Part shown: positions 24,531 to 34,880 of the stretch, one piece after another
Layout: each line of letters starts with the position of its first letter
Position numbering within the stretch: position 1 is the stretch's first letter
UHGV virus genome: UHGV-0286546
Length of the DNA: 64,000 nt
DNA from: a virus
Reading direction: 5' to 3' (one strand)
Position numbers and translations under genes: made by a program
The notes under the pieces: model-generated
Database searches by the model: none
What the model saw: the letters and a program-made list of their open reading frames with translations, nothing else
Told to the model about the DNA's origin: nothing

Positions 24531-24750
24531 TGACATTAAAAAGTTAGAGGAAGAACTCAAGCAAGCTGAATATGATGAAACAGATGCATATGGAACGTAT
24601 ATGTATTATGAATGTGCAGACCGAGGATATGATTATGCAGCTGCCTCAAAAGCGTGTGATGATTATCATAAAGCAAGTCAACGAGTGAAAGACCTCAAAG
24701 AAAAACTTGAAAGCCTACGTAAAAAGGTTAATGGTATTAAAAATGAATGA
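24523..24750 (+). CDS. hypothetical protein
   Basis: ORF. Confidence 0.5.
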   Translation: MCDDIKKLEEELKQAEYDETDAYGTYMYYECADRGYDYAAASKACDDYHKASQRVKDLKEKLESLRKKVNGIKNE

Positions 24751-24805
24751 TACCATGTAAAACATATTATTATGAATCTTCTACACTAACTGAAAGGAGT
24801 GTGAC

Positions 24806-25090
24806 ATGTCTAAGAAACTAAAAGAAGTCTTTACGGTTGATTTAAATACACAGGATGAAGATAATCAAGGTCGTCCTGTATATGTTGTATCGACCAGAAA
24901 AGAAGCTGAAAGGAGAGTGCGAATCCTTAATGAGCAAGAAGCTTGGGGAGTTGAACTTACTGAGGATAAGTTGGATATTAGTGATTGTGATGAGAATTAC
25001 AGAGTAATCAGTTGTGGTCGTCCTCATAGATTTTATAACGTAGGATCATTTGAAGTAGATGGTCCTTTTTATGAAGAAGAAAGTGAATGA
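24806..25090 (+). CDS. hypothetical protein
   Basis: SD gaaaggag. Confidence 0.5.
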   Translation: MSKKLKEVFTVDLNTQDEDNQGRPVYVVSTRKEAERRVRILNEQEAWGVELTEDKLDISDCDENYRVISCGRPHRFYNVGSFEVDGPFYEEESE

Positions 25091-25091
25091 T

Positions 25092-25331
25092 ATGAATAAA
25101 GATTCAAAGCAAACTTTATATATGGTTGCTTATTGGTTTTTCTGTGATGTAGAAAGTATGGTTATTGAAGCTTTCGAAACTCAAGAAGAAGCAGACAAAT
25201 TTGAAGAACTTGTCTGGGATAAATGCCAAGATGCACATATTGAATGTGATGTTGTTACTTATATTGGCACAACAAATCGATATAATGATGCTTTAAGTAA
25301 CCTCAATAAGTTACTAAATGAAGAAAAATGA
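25092..25331 (+). CDS. hypothetical protein
   Basis: ATG just after upstream stop; listed ORF 25059 over-extended. Confidence 0.45.
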   Translation: MNKDSKQTLYMVAYWFFCDVESMVIEAFETQEEADKFEELVWDKCQDAHIECDVVTYIGTTNRYNDALSNLNKLLNEEK

Positions 25332-25349
25332 TAATAAGGAGTAAAAAAC

Positions 25350-26009
25350 ATGGGAAATCGTGCAGTAATCACAGATGCTGAAAAGAAAATCGGTGTATAT
25401 CTTCATTGGAACGGTGGACGAGATACAATCGAACCGCTTTTGGCATACTGTAAATTAAAAGGATACAGGGATGTAGAGAATGATCCTAGTTATGCCTTTG
25501 CGAGATTAACACAGGTTATTGCTAACTTTTTTGGTGGTAGTAATTCCCTTGGTGTTGGACTTTTCAGTGAGCTTGATACTGATAACATGGACAATGGTAC
25601 ATATGTTATTGGTAAAGATTGGAAGATTGTTGACAGACTGTTCTTTAAAGGTTTCGAACAAGATCATTATAAATTCTTACCTATGCTGCGTGCACTTAAT
25701 GATAGTCAACCAAAAAAAGAACAACTTGATAATATAGAGTTAGTCAAGTATTGTTTACAGAACGGTATATCCTTAGAAGATGACTGTGATCGTGAACATG
25801 TTATTGATGCCAATGGATTTGATGAAACAGTTGGATACATTATTAAAGATCTTAATATAGAGATTGATGTCACTCGGATTAAAACAATGTATCAAACCGA
25901 GTCAGACAATTTCGAATTAGAATTAGTCAACGGTCTCAAATATCCTATTAGCTCTAATGACGCCAACCTAATCATGGCTAAAATTGCAACCCTTAACAAT
26001 CCGGAGTAA
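25350..26009 (+). CDS. hypothetical protein
   Basis: SD aaggag. Confidence 0.55.
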   Translation: MGNRAVITDAEKKIGVYLHWNGGRDTIEPLLAYCKLKGYRDVENDPSYAFARLTQVIANFFGGSNSLGVGLFSELDTDNMDNGTYVIGKDWKIVDRLFFKGFEQDHYKFLPMLRALNDSQPKKEQLDNIELVKYCLQNGISLEDDCDREHVIDANGFDETVGYIIKDLNIEIDVTRIKTMYQTESDNFELELVNGLKYPISSNDANLIMAKIATLNNPE

Positions 26010-26013
26010 ATAA

Positions 26014-26211
26014 ATGGCAACACCTAAATCATTAAAACCTATTCCAGCAGATGAAGCACGAGCCTTGATTGAAAAACATCTTAAGGCAGGAACAGGTTTT
26101 TACGAATATCCTGATAATGTCGGTGATTTCGTATATCAAACAAAACGAGGAGTGTATCTAATCCGTGAAAACTTTGGAGGTAGATATGAAACCGGTAAAA
26201 TCAGCGACTAA
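26014..26211 (+). CDS. hypothetical protein
   Basis: ORF. Confidence 0.45.
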   Translation: MATPKSLKPIPADEARALIEKHLKAGTGFYEYPDNVGDFVYQTKRGVYLIRENFGGRYETGKISD

Positions 26212-26461
26212 TAATCTTTTGTTTGTAAACGTGAGAACCTATACACCAAATGTAAGGTTTGATACTGATGGTTTAAATGATGATGTGGAACTTGTAGAAG
26301 ATAACTGCATCAGATTAAACATTTTACAAATCTGTTATATCGAACCTTATAAACATCTAGGTTTCACATACTATAAATTGGTAATGACAAATGGACAATC
26401 CATAGTTACCGATAAGTTTTCATTTTCTTCTATTGATAAACTTATACAAGGAGGTGATTAA
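26186..26461 (+). CDS. hypothetical protein
   Basis: ATG after ggaggtagat. Confidence 0.45.
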   Translation: MKPVKSATNNLLFVNVRTYTPNVRFDTDGLNDDVELVEDNCIRLNILQICYIEPYKHLGFTYYKLVMTNGQSIVTDKFSFSSIDKLIQGGD

Positions 26462-26462
26462 A

Positions 26463-26915
26463 ATGACAAATAGACAGTGGCAAACATGTGAAAAATGTGG
26501 AAAACAATATATCGATGAAGAATCTGATATATGTCCACAGTGTCAAGATGAATTGTATTGTGAGCTTAATAATCTTGAAGACGTAACACCAAAATCTGAA
26601 AATGTTACTTGGTCTGCATCGGGTGTTGTTATTGGTAAAGACTTCTATGGTAATGCGGGAAGTTATCCTGCTTTAAACTACGCGAGTTTTGATACTAAAG
26701 AACACCTGCTTGAAAAGATAAATACGGACTTTGCAGACAACTGTCTTGATGCAGGTTTTGGTTTTGACCGTCTACTTGCTGCTAGGATGCATGTATGTAT
26801 GAAGCATACCATAGTAATTGATGGTAAAGATTATACACATGAAGAATGGCAGAATGTGGATATTGGTGACACAAGTCTTATTGATAAACTAACCAAGGAG
26901 AACGGCAATGAATGA
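26463..26915 (+). CDS. hypothetical zinc-ribbon protein
   Basis: CEKCG...CPQC; SD caaggaggtg. Confidence 0.5.
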   Translation: MTNRQWQTCEKCGKQYIDEESDICPQCQDELYCELNNLEDVTPKSENVTWSASGVVIGKDFYGNAGSYPALNYASFDTKEHLLEKINTDFADNCLDAGFGFDRLLAARMHVCMKHTIVIDGKDYTHEEWQNVDIGDTSLIDKLTKENGNE

Positions 26916-27177
26916 AGATATAGAAGTCGGTGATATTATTTCAAAGATGTATGGTTACAATATGACCTTATATAAATTTTATCGTGTTGAACGTATAACT
27001 GGTCGGAGTATGTTCCTTCAAGAGATTGGTAAGACAATTGTAGATGGAGATTATATGACTCCGAAAGTTATACCTAATCCAAAAGAGTTAAAAGGAGGTG
27101 TAATTCGTAAGAGTTTAAATACTTATGTAGGTAATAAATGGGATGGTAAGCCTTTACAAGAAGATCGTTGGGATTAA
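26908..27177 (+). CDS. hypothetical protein
   Basis: ORF. Confidence 0.5.
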   Translation: MNEDIEVGDIISKMYGYNMTLYKFYRVERITGRSMFLQEIGKTIVDGDYMTPKVIPNPKELKGGVIRKSLNTYVGNKWDGKPLQEDRWD

Positions 27178-27264
27178 TTTTTGTAAAAATTTTTTCAATT
27201 TATTAACTATTTTTTAGTAATTTTATGATATGTATTAACCAACCACAACGAAAGGAAACAAAAA

Positions 27265-27627
27265 ATGTATGTACTTAATACTGTCACTACCGAAGAACAG
27301 TTTAAAGAATTGTATGATGCATCTGCTTATACGATAACTGGTGCTGGTGGTGATTTAAGTGAATGGATGAAAGGTATTAACGATGGATTGCAGCAACGTA
27401 AAATCGGCTCAGTCTCTCAGTTTTATACCTTTAAGGGTGCAGATATGAACAGAGTCTATAACTTAAAAGGTGATGTGATGTATCAAGATGATTTGACATT
27501 CCTCGCCTTTAAGTTAGATGGCTTGAATGTTGGTAAGTTGTCAATGCTCAAGTTAGAAATGGGTGACAGATGGTTTGACGATATTGTAGATAATAACCGT
27601 CACTTCAATAAACGTTTGTTGAACTAA
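27265..27627 (+). CDS. hypothetical protein
   Basis: TTAACCAACCAC motif + SD upstream. Confidence 0.5.
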   Translation: MYVLNTVTTEEQFKELYDASAYTITGAGGDLSEWMKGINDGLQQRKIGSVSQFYTFKGADMNRVYNLKGDVMYQDDLTFLAFKLDGLNVGKLSMLKLEMGDRWFDDIVDNNRHFNKRLLN

Positions 27628-27637
27628 GGAGTGTGTG

Positions 27638-27832
27638 ATGACAGACAAACAACTGCGAAAACTGGCTAAAGAAGAATACCTTGATTGTCGTGAGTGTGGT
27701 CATTATCCTGAATTTATTACTGATTGCTGTGAGCTAAGTGATGAAGAAGAAAAAATGTATGCCTCTGAATATGATATGACTATCGAGGAATTCAGAAAGT
27801 ACAAAGCATATCTTGAAGAATTGTGTAACTAA
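27638..27832 (+). CDS. small Cys-containing protein
   Basis: SD ctaaggag. Confidence 0.45.
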   Translation: MTDKQLRKLAKEEYLDCRECGHYPEFITDCCELSDEEEKMYASEYDMTIEEFRKYKAYLEELCN

Positions 27833-27893
27833 ATAAATAAGTATTATTATGTTTTTTTGTTTAAACCCAACCGTAGAATGAAAGGAAAGTACA

Positions 27894-28523
27894 ATGGGAA
27901 AATCAAGTCGTATACAAATTGAAGATGAAGTTTTTGATAGCTTAAAAGATGCTGCAGACTTCCTCGGTATTAATGATTATGATCTATCTGGTAAGCTGGA
28001 TGATTGTGAAGAAAAAGTCATTAAAGGTTTTAAAGTTAGAAGATTGGATCCAAGAGTATCTCGTTTGTGTGGTGCAATCTATTGTAATAAAACCGGTAAA
28101 TTGTACAAGAATGCAGTTATCCTCGGTAAGTGTTTGAAAGTAAATCCTACGTATATCTCTAATGAATTACGTAAGAACAACAAGTATGTTGACCGGTTTA
28201 ATAATACATATCGTCGGGTACAGAATCCTGAAAACTTCGATATGTCTAAAGCGATTGATACCATCGAGCCAGTTACTTTACATGCTGTATCATTGGTTGA
28301 AACGCAGAAACCGGTTGTACAGAATGAACCGTCTACATATATCGAACCTGCACCGGTAGCTAAGCCTGAGGTAAAAGAATCGGTTGTTGAAGATGATAGT
28401 GACATCCTAAATGATTTGGAAAAACTTACCGTAAGATTCTTGAATAAAAGAGATTACAGTACAGTTGAAGGTCTTCTGGATGTTATGAAAAAGATTACTT
28501 CTGAAAAAACAAATCTAGCTTGA
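27894..28523 (+). CDS. DNA-binding protein with NUMOD1-like HTH motif(s)
   Basis: VFDSLKDAADFLGIN resembles NUMOD1/HTH; AACCCAACC motif upstream. Confidence 0.55.
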   Translation: MGKSSRIQIEDEVFDSLKDAADFLGINDYDLSGKLDDCEEKVIKGFKVRRLDPRVSRLCGAIYCNKTGKLYKNAVILGKCLKVNPTYISNELRKNNKYVDRFNNTYRRVQNPENFDMSKAIDTIEPVTLHAVSLVETQKPVVQNEPSTYIEPAPVAKPEVKESVVEDDSDILNDLEKLTVRFLNKRDYSTVEGLLDVMKKITSEKTNLA

Positions 28524-28537
28524 GGGAGAATAGAAAC

Positions 28538-29026
28538 ATGACTGACCAAACTGTAAAGAAAATTAAACGGAAAGATGATTATACCTTAGAAGAATTGCGG
28601 GCATTAATCGCTGAAATGGATGAGAGTATAGGTCGTCAGCATGGAAAATCCGGTAAAATCTTTGAAGACGAAGAAAAAGAAAAGAACAGACTTTGGAATA
28701 ACTATTGTTCAAGAAAGTCTCGTGAGCGTAGAAGAAAAGTTGAGAAAGACCAGGAAAAATCATTCATGGAAGCTCATGGTTTAAGCGCTGACGAAGACGA
28801 GTACGGAATAAGACCTGTTGATGAAAGGAGATATATACGATGCTTCCACTCTGGTTACATTGATGCTCCAGTCTATCGTAAATACGTACAACGAATGACT
28901 GGCTTAAGTCTTAAACAAATCTGTATCCTACAAAAGCGTACAGGTTTAATTCCAGTTCCTGCTGTCGGTGATGCTGAAGCTGAGAAAGACTGGAAAGAAA
29001 GATATGAGCGTGGCGATATTTATTAA
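28538..29026 (+). CDS. hypothetical protein
   Basis: ATG after gagggagaat. Confidence 0.5.
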   Translation: MTDQTVKKIKRKDDYTLEELRALIAEMDESIGRQHGKSGKIFEDEEKEKNRLWNNYCSRKSRERRRKVEKDQEKSFMEAHGLSADEDEYGIRPVDERRYIRCFHSGYIDAPVYRKYVQRMTGLSLKQICILQKRTGLIPVPAVGDAEAEKDWKERYERGDIY

Positions 29027-29461
29027 TGGTAAAAAAATAATTTTCCACGGCAACTAAAATGTGATATATATAATATTGTTTTATGAGCTAAACAATATTT
29101 AAATAACAATCGGAATTGGTCCGGTTGTATAACTGAAAGGCACTAAAATATAAAACGTAATTAAGGTTCAAGGCGACTATGATAATTCTACAGAGTAATC
29201 CTTTTTATGATATTCACTAACAACTAGTACACGATTACTTTGTATATCACGCTCGGCTGGTAAAATGTAAGTTGCGTTAAGATTTACAAACCTACAGAGT
29301 TTTCCCTTTTTCCTTGTGGTTGGGGAAAGAATCCTGGACATGATTATAAACTGTCTTTCTGTCGCGAAGAGGTATTTAATTATTGAGTACATTGTAGTTA
29401 GATACCTCTTCTTTTTATTCAACCCTATACTGTAAATGTATAACATCTAAGGAGATCAATT

Positions 29462-29779
29462 ATGACAAAACAGATTAAAACGTTAACTGACAAACAGATT
29501 GAAGAGTTGGTTAAAGCTTACGTAGAATATAAAAACGCTGAACAGAAATTTAAAGACCTTAAAGAAAAATATACCAAAGACTTGGTCGAAGGTAAATTTT
29601 CAGCTGAAGGCATTGGTGAAGTTATTAAAACCAAGTTTGTAAGGTCTTCCCTCAATTCCACAAGATTATCAGAAGAACACCCTGAAATCAACCTTGATGA
29701 ATATAAAGATTCCACTGAATCAACAAGTGTAACCATTAAAAATAAAATGGTTAACAATAAAGTTCTTGGTATATTCTAA
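29462..29779 (+). CDS. hypothetical protein
   Basis: SD ctaaggag. Confidence 0.5.
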   Translation: MTKQIKTLTDKQIEELVKAYVEYKNAEQKFKDLKEKYTKDLVEGKFSAEGIGEVIKTKFVRSSLNSTRLSEEHPEINLDEYKDSTESTSVTIKNKMVNNKVLGIF

Positions 29780-29790
29780 AGGAGAATGCC

Positions 29791-30810
29791 ATGAAGACAA
29801 TTGAAGAATGGTTTCAAGGTTTAACTGAGACCCAACAAGACTACATCAAAAGAACTGCTAACGGTTTTGATGTAAATGTTCCGGGTTATTTCGAATTCGA
29901 TAAAGACTTAGATGCAGATAAAATACTTAGTTTTATTGCGCGAGGTCGTTTAGATAGTGCAGGATCTACAAATACGGAACGTAAAGAAGCCAATTTGTTT
30001 CTAGTCTATAGTCTGAATAAATGTAACAAAGAGTTACTATCTGATGATATGTTCATAACTTACCTAGATAATACATATTATGATGCTTCTTACGTACGTA
30101 AATACCTATCTAAAGAAATTTATCTGAAATTTCTCGAAAGTAAATATAGCAGATATGGTGAAGGAATATATGACTTAGACCAATTGCTTATTAGTACTGA
30201 AGACTTTGATAATATCAATTGGAATAAACTCAAAAATTCTTCTGGTTTCTGTAACGAAGAACTGTTTGGTATCATGGGTAAAGAAAAAGCTAAGGAATGG
30301 TTAAAAGAACATCCTGCAGCTTTTGATATTTATCGTGATGAGGAACGTCCACTTATTGATGAACTCTTTGATGAGTTATTCTTTGGTGAAGATGGATGGT
30401 GTGAATCAGATAAAATGGTAGTAGTTAGAAGGTATGCTGCACATCAATATCGTTTTGATGATCTGTTAAAGCGAATTGTTTGTGTAGATAAAAAGTATTA
30501 CAAGTATATCTATCCATTCATTGAAAATCGCACAGCTATGGCAAATGAAATCTATACAGCAAAGAAATCGGAGGAAGAGCTAACCGGTAATGAAACGGTA
30601 GAACAAGTTTATAGATATTCGAAAGAAATACGTAAGCTTGCTCAAATCGCTGCATGCTGTGTCAGAGGAAATATCAGTAAAGCAATGACAGGTACACTTG
30701 CTGAAGTCGCAGGACTTATGAAGATATACCAATATGACTTCGATAAGATCTTTGCGTGTATGTATCCTGAAACAATTGAAGATGATGAGGAGGAATACCA
30801 GGAAGCTTAA
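29791..30810 (+). CDS. hypothetical protein
   Basis: SD aaggag. Confidence 0.55.
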   Translation: MKTIEEWFQGLTETQQDYIKRTANGFDVNVPGYFEFDKDLDADKILSFIARGRLDSAGSTNTERKEANLFLVYSLNKCNKELLSDDMFITYLDNTYYDASYVRKYLSKEIYLKFLESKYSRYGEGIYDLDQLLISTEDFDNINWNKLKNSSGFCNEELFGIMGKEKAKEWLKEHPAAFDIYRDEERPLIDELFDELFFGEDGWCESDKMVVVRRYAAHQYRFDDLLKRIVCVDKKYYKYIYPFIENRTAMANEIYTAKKSEEELTGNETVEQVYRYSKEIRKLAQIAACCVRGNISKAMTGTLAEVAGLMKIYQYDFDKIFACMYPETIEDDEEEYQEA

Positions 30811-30833
30811 GTAACTGATTTGGTTTAATTTTC

Positions 30834-30874
30834 AGGTAGTGAAACATGTATTTATTGAAGTAACTACCTTTTTT
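30834..30874 (+). terminator. rho-independent terminator
   Basis: aggtagt-loop-actacct + T5. Confidence 0.55.
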
Positions 30875-30975
30875 AATTACCATGTTAAAAAAATATATTT
30901 TCATGGTGAATCAATTGTAGTATATAAACAAACGTATTTTATAATATAACCCAACCAAAATTAGGAGAAAATGTT

Positions 30976-32208
30976 ATGGTTAAGAATGTACAAGATAAAT
31001 TGCTGATGCCGGAATTCACGATTGATACAGTTGTTAATGATAGTGGTATCGAAATTCCTGGTATCAAAAGAATGTATGATATTGCATTGGCTATTGGTGA
31101 TTCATTGATGCAGTGGGGTGGTCCAGGATGTGGTAAGTCTCAGTCAGTACAGCAGTGGAATGCAGATAAAGTTGCTGAGTATGAAAAACGTATGGCTGAA
31201 GGTGAAAAAGTAAAACCTTGGAATCCGGTCGTTTGTGATGTTCGTTTGTCTATGAAAGAGCCAGTTGATATGGTTGGTGTTCCTATTCCGACTAAAGATG
31301 AAAAAGGTAACATGACAACTGTTTGGGCAACTCCTTCGATGTGGCCTAAGAATGATGGTGAATTCGCTGGTGGTGTTATTCACTTGGATGAAATGAATCA
31401 GGGTCAAGCTGCTATTCTGAATGCTGCCTTCCAGTTGATTCAAGACCGTGCTTTGGGAGAATACAAAGTACCTGAAGGTTATATCATTATTGGTTCATCT
31501 AACCCGTCTGCATATAACTCTACTGTTACTGAGTTTTCTGTACCATTGTCAAACAGATTTAGTCACTTCAATGTTAAACCTGACTTCGATTCTTGGTTGA
31601 ACTACAGAATGAATAACGGTGGTAACTTGGATGTTATGACCTTCTTAAAGACACAGGGTATGAATATGTTGTTTGATAAAGAAGGTATGGAAGCCAAAGT
31701 TGGTAGTCTTGCCGATGCTATGTATACAGATATTGTTATCACTCCTCGCTCTTGGGAAGTAATTGAAAAAGTATTAGCGCTTCCTGATGGTAATAAAGCA
31801 ACTGGTGGATTTACAATAGATGAAAAACAAAGATATGCAACCGGTCGTTTAGGTCTTGCTATTGCTTCCAGACTGTTTACTTGGTTGAAAGATAAAGCTA
31901 AATATCAAGACTGGAGAGAAATCCTTATCGATGGTAAAGACTTTAAAGATGAAAACAGTGAACAATTCTGGGCTGTTCAGATGGCATGTATGAATGCAAT
32001 CATTAACCAGAAAGATGATGCGAAATGTCGTGAATATTGCTTGAACTTCGTAAAGGCTACAGAAAAACTTAAGACTGCAGCATTCAAAGTTATCAATATT
32101 ACACAGTTGATTAGATGTAAACGTGTTGAAGGTAATCTCAAAATCTTCAATTCGATGAGAGATGCACCTAACTTGATTCGTTTGATTTCAACAATCACTC
32201 GCAGATAA
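30976..32208 (+). CDS. MoxR-like AAA+ ATPase (AAA_5 type)
   Basis: Walker A GGPGCGKS, Walker B VIHLDEMNQ, sensor region; TAACCCAACC motif + SD upstream. Confidence 0.8.
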   Translation: MVKNVQDKLLMPEFTIDTVVNDSGIEIPGIKRMYDIALAIGDSLMQWGGPGCGKSQSVQQWNADKVAEYEKRMAEGEKVKPWNPVVCDVRLSMKEPVDMVGVPIPTKDEKGNMTTVWATPSMWPKNDGEFAGGVIHLDEMNQGQAAILNAAFQLIQDRALGEYKVPEGYIIIGSSNPSAYNSTVTEFSVPLSNRFSHFNVKPDFDSWLNYRMNNGGNLDVMTFLKTQGMNMLFDKEGMEAKVGSLADAMYTDIVITPRSWEVIEKVLALPDGNKATGGFTIDEKQRYATGRLGLAIASRLFTWLKDKAKYQDWREILIDGKDFKDENSEQFWAVQMACMNAIINQKDDAKCREYCLNFVKATEKLKTAAFKVINITQLIRCKRVEGNLKIFNSMRDAPNLIRLISTITRR

Positions 32209-32289
32209 TCTTAAGTAAAAACAAAGGGTTAGGTTATTAAGTTAGTCTAACCCTTTAACTTCTCAACCACAAAAAGAAAGGAAAGTAAA

Positions 32290-32694
32290 ATGTCTTATGT
32301 AGTAATGGATAAACAACGTAATGCCTTTGTTTTATTCGATAGGCATGTTAATAGTTCAACTCTAGAAATTATTACAACGGTTGAATTAGTCGGTTGTATA
32401 GAGATTGCTTCAGAATTTAGTTCACAAACGATTGCAGAAAAAATGATTGAGCAAGCCAGTGTAGCGTATGACACAACTGGTTATGAAGTAATCGATGTCG
32501 AAGCATATAAACAACAGAAAGAGGCTGAAGCGAAGGAGAATGCACAGAAATACCTAGCCGAAGAATGGAAGAAATTGTCACCTGAAGAAAAGAAAGAACA
32601 GATGAAAAAAGCTATCGATAATGGTAATATTGATGAGCTTAAAAAGTTTCTTGAATATGTTGGTGACGATGAATCTAAAGTCGACAACGATTAA
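32290..32694 (+). CDS. hypothetical acidic coiled-coil protein
   Basis: SD gaaaggaaagt. Confidence 0.5.
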   Translation: MSYVVMDKQRNAFVLFDRHVNSSTLEIITTVELVGCIEIASEFSSQTIAEKMIEQASVAYDTTGYEVIDVEAYKQQKEAEAKENAQKYLAEEWKKLSPEEKKEQMKKAIDNGNIDELKKFLEYVGDDESKVDND

Positions 32695-32740
32695 TCTAAA
32701 GTTGAAGAAGACTAAGTTATTGATTTGAAAGGATTTTAAT

Positions 32741-34117
32741 ATGACAGTTGATGTTAAAGAAATCTGGGAAGCTGCGATGGTTGAATTGGTCATTGAGTTT
32801 CCTATTTATGCACAACTTCTAACGAGAATAGGTACGACCTTTGTAAATGAACCTAATCGTAAGTTTGTAGCATGGACAGATGGTAGAACAATTTACGTTA
32901 ATGAGTCTATGATAAAAATGTTTAATGAAGATCCTATTGTTAAAGGTGATTCAGGAACACAGTATAACAGAGCCATTACAAAAAGAGAAATGATGTTCCT
33001 TCTGTGTCATGAGTTACTGCATCTTATTGGTTTAACTTACGATAGAGGTTCACAAAAAGGATTGTATCGTGGTGCAGTAAATGCTAACGATAGACACATG
33101 TGGGAATTATGGAATAAAGCCACTGACTATGAAATCAACAGCTTACTACATAATAATGAAAAGACTACAGACCGTGGCGATGTTGTACATAATGCTATCG
33201 GTAAAATGCCAGATTGGGTACTGTATGAAAGCGACTACCGTGACAAAACAGCAGAAGAAATCTTTGAAATCCTTAAGAAAGAGGATGAAAAGAATAATCA
33301 CGGCGGTGGTTCTGGTGGCTGTTCCGGTAAAGGTCAGTCAGCAGATGGAGGTCAAAGCTGTGGTAATAATGTAGATGGTCTTGATTTTAGTATTGATGAT
33401 CATATGCCAATACAGGATGATGCTACTAGAAACGAAGTACTTACTAAGATGTCAGAAGTATTCGGTTCAAGGACTAATGGTTTAGGTATGTCTTCAATCG
33501 ACAGAATGATTAATAACGTATATAAACCTCAACCCTTTAACTGGAGACGTGCACTTACTAGATATATTCGTGGCTGGATGAAAGATAACTATACTTGGAA
33601 CAGACCTTCTCGTGCTGGTATAGCGAATAACCTTATCCTTCCATCATCTGGTCGTACTCCTAAAATGCATATCGGAGTTGCAGTGGATACTTCTGGTTCA
33701 ATTCACGATACTGAGTTACATACTATGATGGATCACTTGTTTACCATTCTATCACAGTTTAAAGACTTTACTGTAGATGTTTGGTGTTGTGGTTCAAAAG
33801 TATATCCCGAAACGTTCCGAACATATACTGCATCGAATAAACGCGAACTACATAATTTCAAGTTTGCTTCTGATGGTGGTAATGATATGCGAGAGAATTT
33901 CAAGTTTATCAAAGAGAAATATAAACAGGATAAATTGGATGTCTTCATCTGTATGTCTGACTTCTATGATCCATTAGACGGTGATACAGAAACAGTAAGT
34001 CCTTGTCCTTGTATTTGGATGGTTCTTGATCACCCTTCATTCACACCACCGTCATTAATTAAAGCGGAAACCTATCCGTTTGTTGTTGAAGATAGTAAGA
34101 ACAATGCTGACTACTAA
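32741..34117 (+). CDS. vWA-domain protein with N-terminal DUF2201-like putative metallopeptidase domain (HExxH)
   Basis: LLCHELLHL motif; Gly-rich linker; MIDAS DTSGS at C-terminal vWA. Confidence 0.75.
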   Translation: MTVDVKEIWEAAMVELVIEFPIYAQLLTRIGTTFVNEPNRKFVAWTDGRTIYVNESMIKMFNEDPIVKGDSGTQYNRAITKREMMFLLCHELLHLIGLTYDRGSQKGLYRGAVNANDRHMWELWNKATDYEINSLLHNNEKTTDRGDVVHNAIGKMPDWVLYESDYRDKTAEEIFEILKKEDEKNNHGGGSGGCSGKGQSADGGQSCGNNVDGLDFSIDDHMPIQDDATRNEVLTKMSEVFGSRTNGLGMSSIDRMINNVYKPQPFNWRRALTRYIRGWMKDNYTWNRPSRAGIANNLILPSSGRTPKMHIGVAVDTSGSIHDTELHTMMDHLFTILSQFKDFTVDVWCCGSKVYPETFRTYTASNKRELHNFKFASDGGNDMRENFKFIKEKYKQDKLDVFICMSDFYDPLDGDTETVSPCPCIWMVLDHPSFTPPSLIKAETYPFVVEDSKNNADY

Positions 34118-34128
34118 TTGAAAGGAAA

Positions 34129-34230
34129 GTAAAATGGTATCTAAGAAAATAACCGTTCCTAAATGGAAATATTTACTTAATGTTTTAAAAGATAAGTTGA
34201 AGAAATATCTTGTCAAATTAAAGCAGAAGT
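34129..34230 (+). CDS. very small basic protein (33 aa)
   Basis: SD gaaaggaaagt + ATG; below ORF-track cutoff. Confidence 0.3.
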
Positions 34231-34309
34231 AAGTAATATGTAACAAAAACAAGGGGTTATCTGAAATACGGTAATCCCTTACTACTAACCCAACCAAGGA
34301 GAATGAAGT

Positions 34310-34522
34310 ATGTGGTTAATTGTATTTCTTGTATTTTTATTTAGTGATAGTCGTAAAGTGTTTGTTGTTGTCTTTGCGCTTGCTTGTTTAACGCAGTGTT
34401 ATAGTGAATATTTAAATCATAATCTTAGAGTAAGAAACCAAGAGACTATCGAAAAAATAACCACTCAAATAGGAGAAATTGCAAATGTCAAATCAGAAGA
34501 TATTACAAGCCTTACAGAATAG
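34310..34522 (+). CDS. small membrane protein
   Basis: TAACCCAACC motif + SD upstream. Confidence 0.45.
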   Translation: MWLIVFLVFLFSDSRKVFVVVFALACLTQCYSEYLNHNLRVRNQETIEKITTQIGEIANVKSEDITSLTE

Positions 34523-34877
34523 TGAATATAGTGATAATGCCAAAACGTTCACTAGTCAAATAAGCAACTGGGATAAGTCTGAAACATTTCCATATGAAGA
34601 CCTTAAACAATATCTTAAGTTACATCAATGGGAATATAACGACTTTAACTTTGAAAATGAGTTACTGATACAAGAATTCTTACCTGCATTTGTATTAGAT
34701 ATATTCTTTGCGATGAAGGAATTCCGAGATAATAGTAGAATGGAATTAACATCAGTACAGGAAACATATGCACGAATCTATGGTTATCCTCATAAGACCC
34801 AAGATGAAAAAGCATTTTGTTTGTATGAGTACTTGTTTAATCGCTACTATGAAAATAGTGAAATTAAAGGAGAATGA
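34479..34877 (+). CDS. hypothetical protein
   Basis: ORF. Confidence 0.5.
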   Translation: MQMSNQKILQALQNSEYSDNAKTFTSQISNWDKSETFPYEDLKQYLKLHQWEYNDFNFENELLIQEFLPAFVLDIFFAMKEFRDNSRMELTSVQETYARIYGYPHKTQDEKAFCLYEYLFNRYYENSEIKGE

Positions 34878-34880
34878 AAG

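Noticed and set aside
25519-25737. Alternative-frame ORF inside 25350..26009
   Set aside because: Embedded in the longer, better-supported frame; hydrophobic junk translation typical of an off-frame.
28079-28405. Minus-strand ORF antisense to 27894..28523
   Set aside because: Antisense to an HTH protein gene with clear motifs; no RBS.
29177-29446. Minus-strand ORF 29177..29446
   Set aside because: Sits in the promoter/leader region of plus-strand gene 29462 in an otherwise all-plus block; no convincing RBS; kept out of feature list.
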